DNA from: Bdellovibrionota bacterium | GTDB taxonomy: Bacteria; Bdellovibrionota_C; UBA2361; JBGSMV01 | DNA length: 28,295 bases | Reading direction: 5' to 3' | NCBI GenBank assembly: GCA_044356455.1 | Contig: JBIKWF010000053.1 | Location: 1-28,295 of the forward strand | In this document: positions 27,081-28,295 of the stretch, piece by piece | Layout of the letters: each line of letters begins with the position of its first letter | Position numbering within the stretch: the first letter of the stretch is position 1 | Notes under the pieces: generated by a model | Told to the model about the DNA's origin: nothing | Databases searched by the model: none | Seen by the model: the letters and a program-made list of their open reading frames with translations, nothing else | Made by a program: the position numbers and the translations under genes

Positions 27081-28139
27081 ATGACTCAGAGGAATATGAC
27101 CAGAAAGGAGAACCCGCCGCCGGTAGTCCCCCCGCATGATAAAGTCGAGCCTAGTTCTGCGTATGACTTATTGTGCACACCAGTCTCTAATTCTGCACTC
27201 GGAACTGCTCCCGTGGAAACAGACCAGCCTCTGACGAAAGGTATTGTGCGGCTTTTTGGTGATATTGTCGGAACCCCTAGAGATATTCGTCACATTACTG
27301 ACTTTGGGATGGTCAACTCAGTTTTCCGGATAGCTGGGGAAAATGGGGGCAACTTTATTGTCCGCTCATTTCCTGGAGATCAAGGTGTTTTGGACTATGA
27401 AAAAGAGGACTGGTCAATGCGTAAGGCCGCCGGATGCGGAGTACCCGTCTCGACCGTTCGTGGCATCGGCTACCATGACGGTCACTCCTACATGATCCAA
27501 GACCTCTTGCCTGGGGTCAACGGGGCCAGCATTTCAGATCCCGCGGGACGACTTGCCATTTGGAGACAACTGGGGAATTTCTCAAGCCTTCTGGGCGATG
27601 TTCGATGCTCCGGATATGGATGGTCACTTAATAAGGACTCAGAGCGGTTTTCTTGTGAGTCCTGGAGCGCCTTTATCGCTCAGGCTGAGGCGCAAGCATT
27701 AGGCGACCCCTCGATGAATGCGGGGGTTTTCACCCGCGCGCAGAGAGAGAAGCTTCGGGGACTCTTTGAAATTTTAGCGAATATGGATCCTCAGCCCGTA
27801 CTGTGTCACGGCGATATCGGACCCAGTAACTGCATAGTGGATCCAGAAACCCTGAAAATTAATGGTATTATTGATTGGGAGATGGCTGTTGCTGCGCCTG
27901 GGGCTCATGCTTCGCTGGTGAGCGCTTCCACGTACTTCAAGCGGCCAGAAGAACAAGCCGCATTTCTGGAAGGCATGGGCCAACCCACATTTCTTCAGGA
28001 CCCTCAAACGCAAGCTGAGTTCCGTGCACTTCGCGTTCTTTTCGTACTTTATTTCGCAGCGTACAATTTGGGCAATCGTGATGCGGTCAATGGTGCGCAG
28101 CGCAGAGTTGCTGGGGCGATTGAAGAGGCGCGTATCTAG
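27081..28139 (+). CDS. Aminoglycoside phosphotransferase/choline kinase-like (APH-family) kinase
   Basis: GMVNSVF, YEKE, GVPV, LCHGDIGPSN (Brenner motif), GIIDWE; RBS GGGAGG. Confidence 0.85.
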   Translation: MTQRNMTRKENPPPVVPPHDKVEPSSAYDLLCTPVSNSALGTAPVETDQPLTKGIVRLFGDIVGTPRDIRHITDFGMVNSVFRIAGENGGNFIVRSFPGDQGVLDYEKEDWSMRKAAGCGVPVSTVRGIGYHDGHSYMIQDLLPGVNGASISDPAGRLAIWRQLGNFSSLLGDVRCSGYGWSLNKDSERFSCESWSAFIAQAEAQALGDPSMNAGVFTRAQREKLRGLFEILANMDPQPVLCHGDIGPSNCIVDPETLKINGIIDWEMAVAAPGAHASLVSASTYFKRPEEQAAFLEGMGQPTFLQDPQTQAEFRALRVLFVLYFAAYNLGNRDAVNGAQRRVAGAIEEARI

Positions 28140-28171
28140 CCGTCATGTCTCACGGGATCCCTTCGGGTCCG
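28136..28171. repeat. CTAG-initiated palindromic element, copy 2, interrupted by the intron
   Basis: CTAGCCGTCATGTCTCACGGGATCCCTTCGGGTCCG; identity with copy 1 stops exactly where the intron end begins; its CTAG contains the kinase stop codon. Confidence 0.8.
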
Positions 28172-28295
28172 GTAGAGTCGAATTCAGGGCGCGGCGTCCG
28201 CGCCGTGCGGCGCGCGCCGATTCCCTGCATCCGCTCATCGAACCGGACGTGCGGCTTTCCCGCATCCGGCTCTCCGATGGAGTTCTTACGACGCC
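28172..28295 (-). mobile_element. 3' end of a group II intron (domains V and VI); the rest lies beyond the right edge
   Basis: Reverse complement reads GAGAGCCGGATGCGGGAAAGCCGCACGTCCGGTTCGATGAGCGG (domain V, AGC triad, GAAA loop), a GC-rich domain VI hairpin and terminal ...CGACTCTAC. Confidence 0.92.

Noticed and set aside
27081..28139. Calling the kinase an aminoglycoside resistance gene
   Set aside because: Only superfamily-level motifs are visible; substrate cannot be inferred.

Overview
Bacterial chromosomal window from a diderm host (two predicted outer-membrane beta-barrels; the gene mix suggests a deltaproteobacterial/Bdellovibrionota-like lineage, inference only). Left to right: a CpdA-like metallophosphoesterase running off the left edge, a TrmB regulator divergent from an orphan LivK-type binding protein, several hypothetical genes (one VirB8/TraE-like), a Chlamydia-type class Ic (Mn/Fe, tyrosyl-radical-less) ribonucleotide reductase nrdAB with tandem NrdR boxes, and a methylmalonyl-CoA mutase operon (small and large subunits, meaB, detached mce) coupled to a His-rich RegB/RegA pair and a His-rich outer-membrane protein. 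A family of 110-230 bp MITEs with IS5-like ends and 4-bp target duplications occurs five times, plus one half copy. The strongest novelty candidate lies at 22.5-28.2 kb: a putative RiPP cluster made of an RRE-radical SAM-SPASM maturase, an unannotated 59-aa acidic precursor ending ...SIDLPRLAREGMCRPHLD, a PhyH-fold dioxygenase with HxH instead of HxD, a DUF6445-like Fe/2OG oxygenase and an APH-like kinase. It is bracketed by two 34/36-identical palindromic repeats, and the right one is interrupted by the 3' end of a group II intron.
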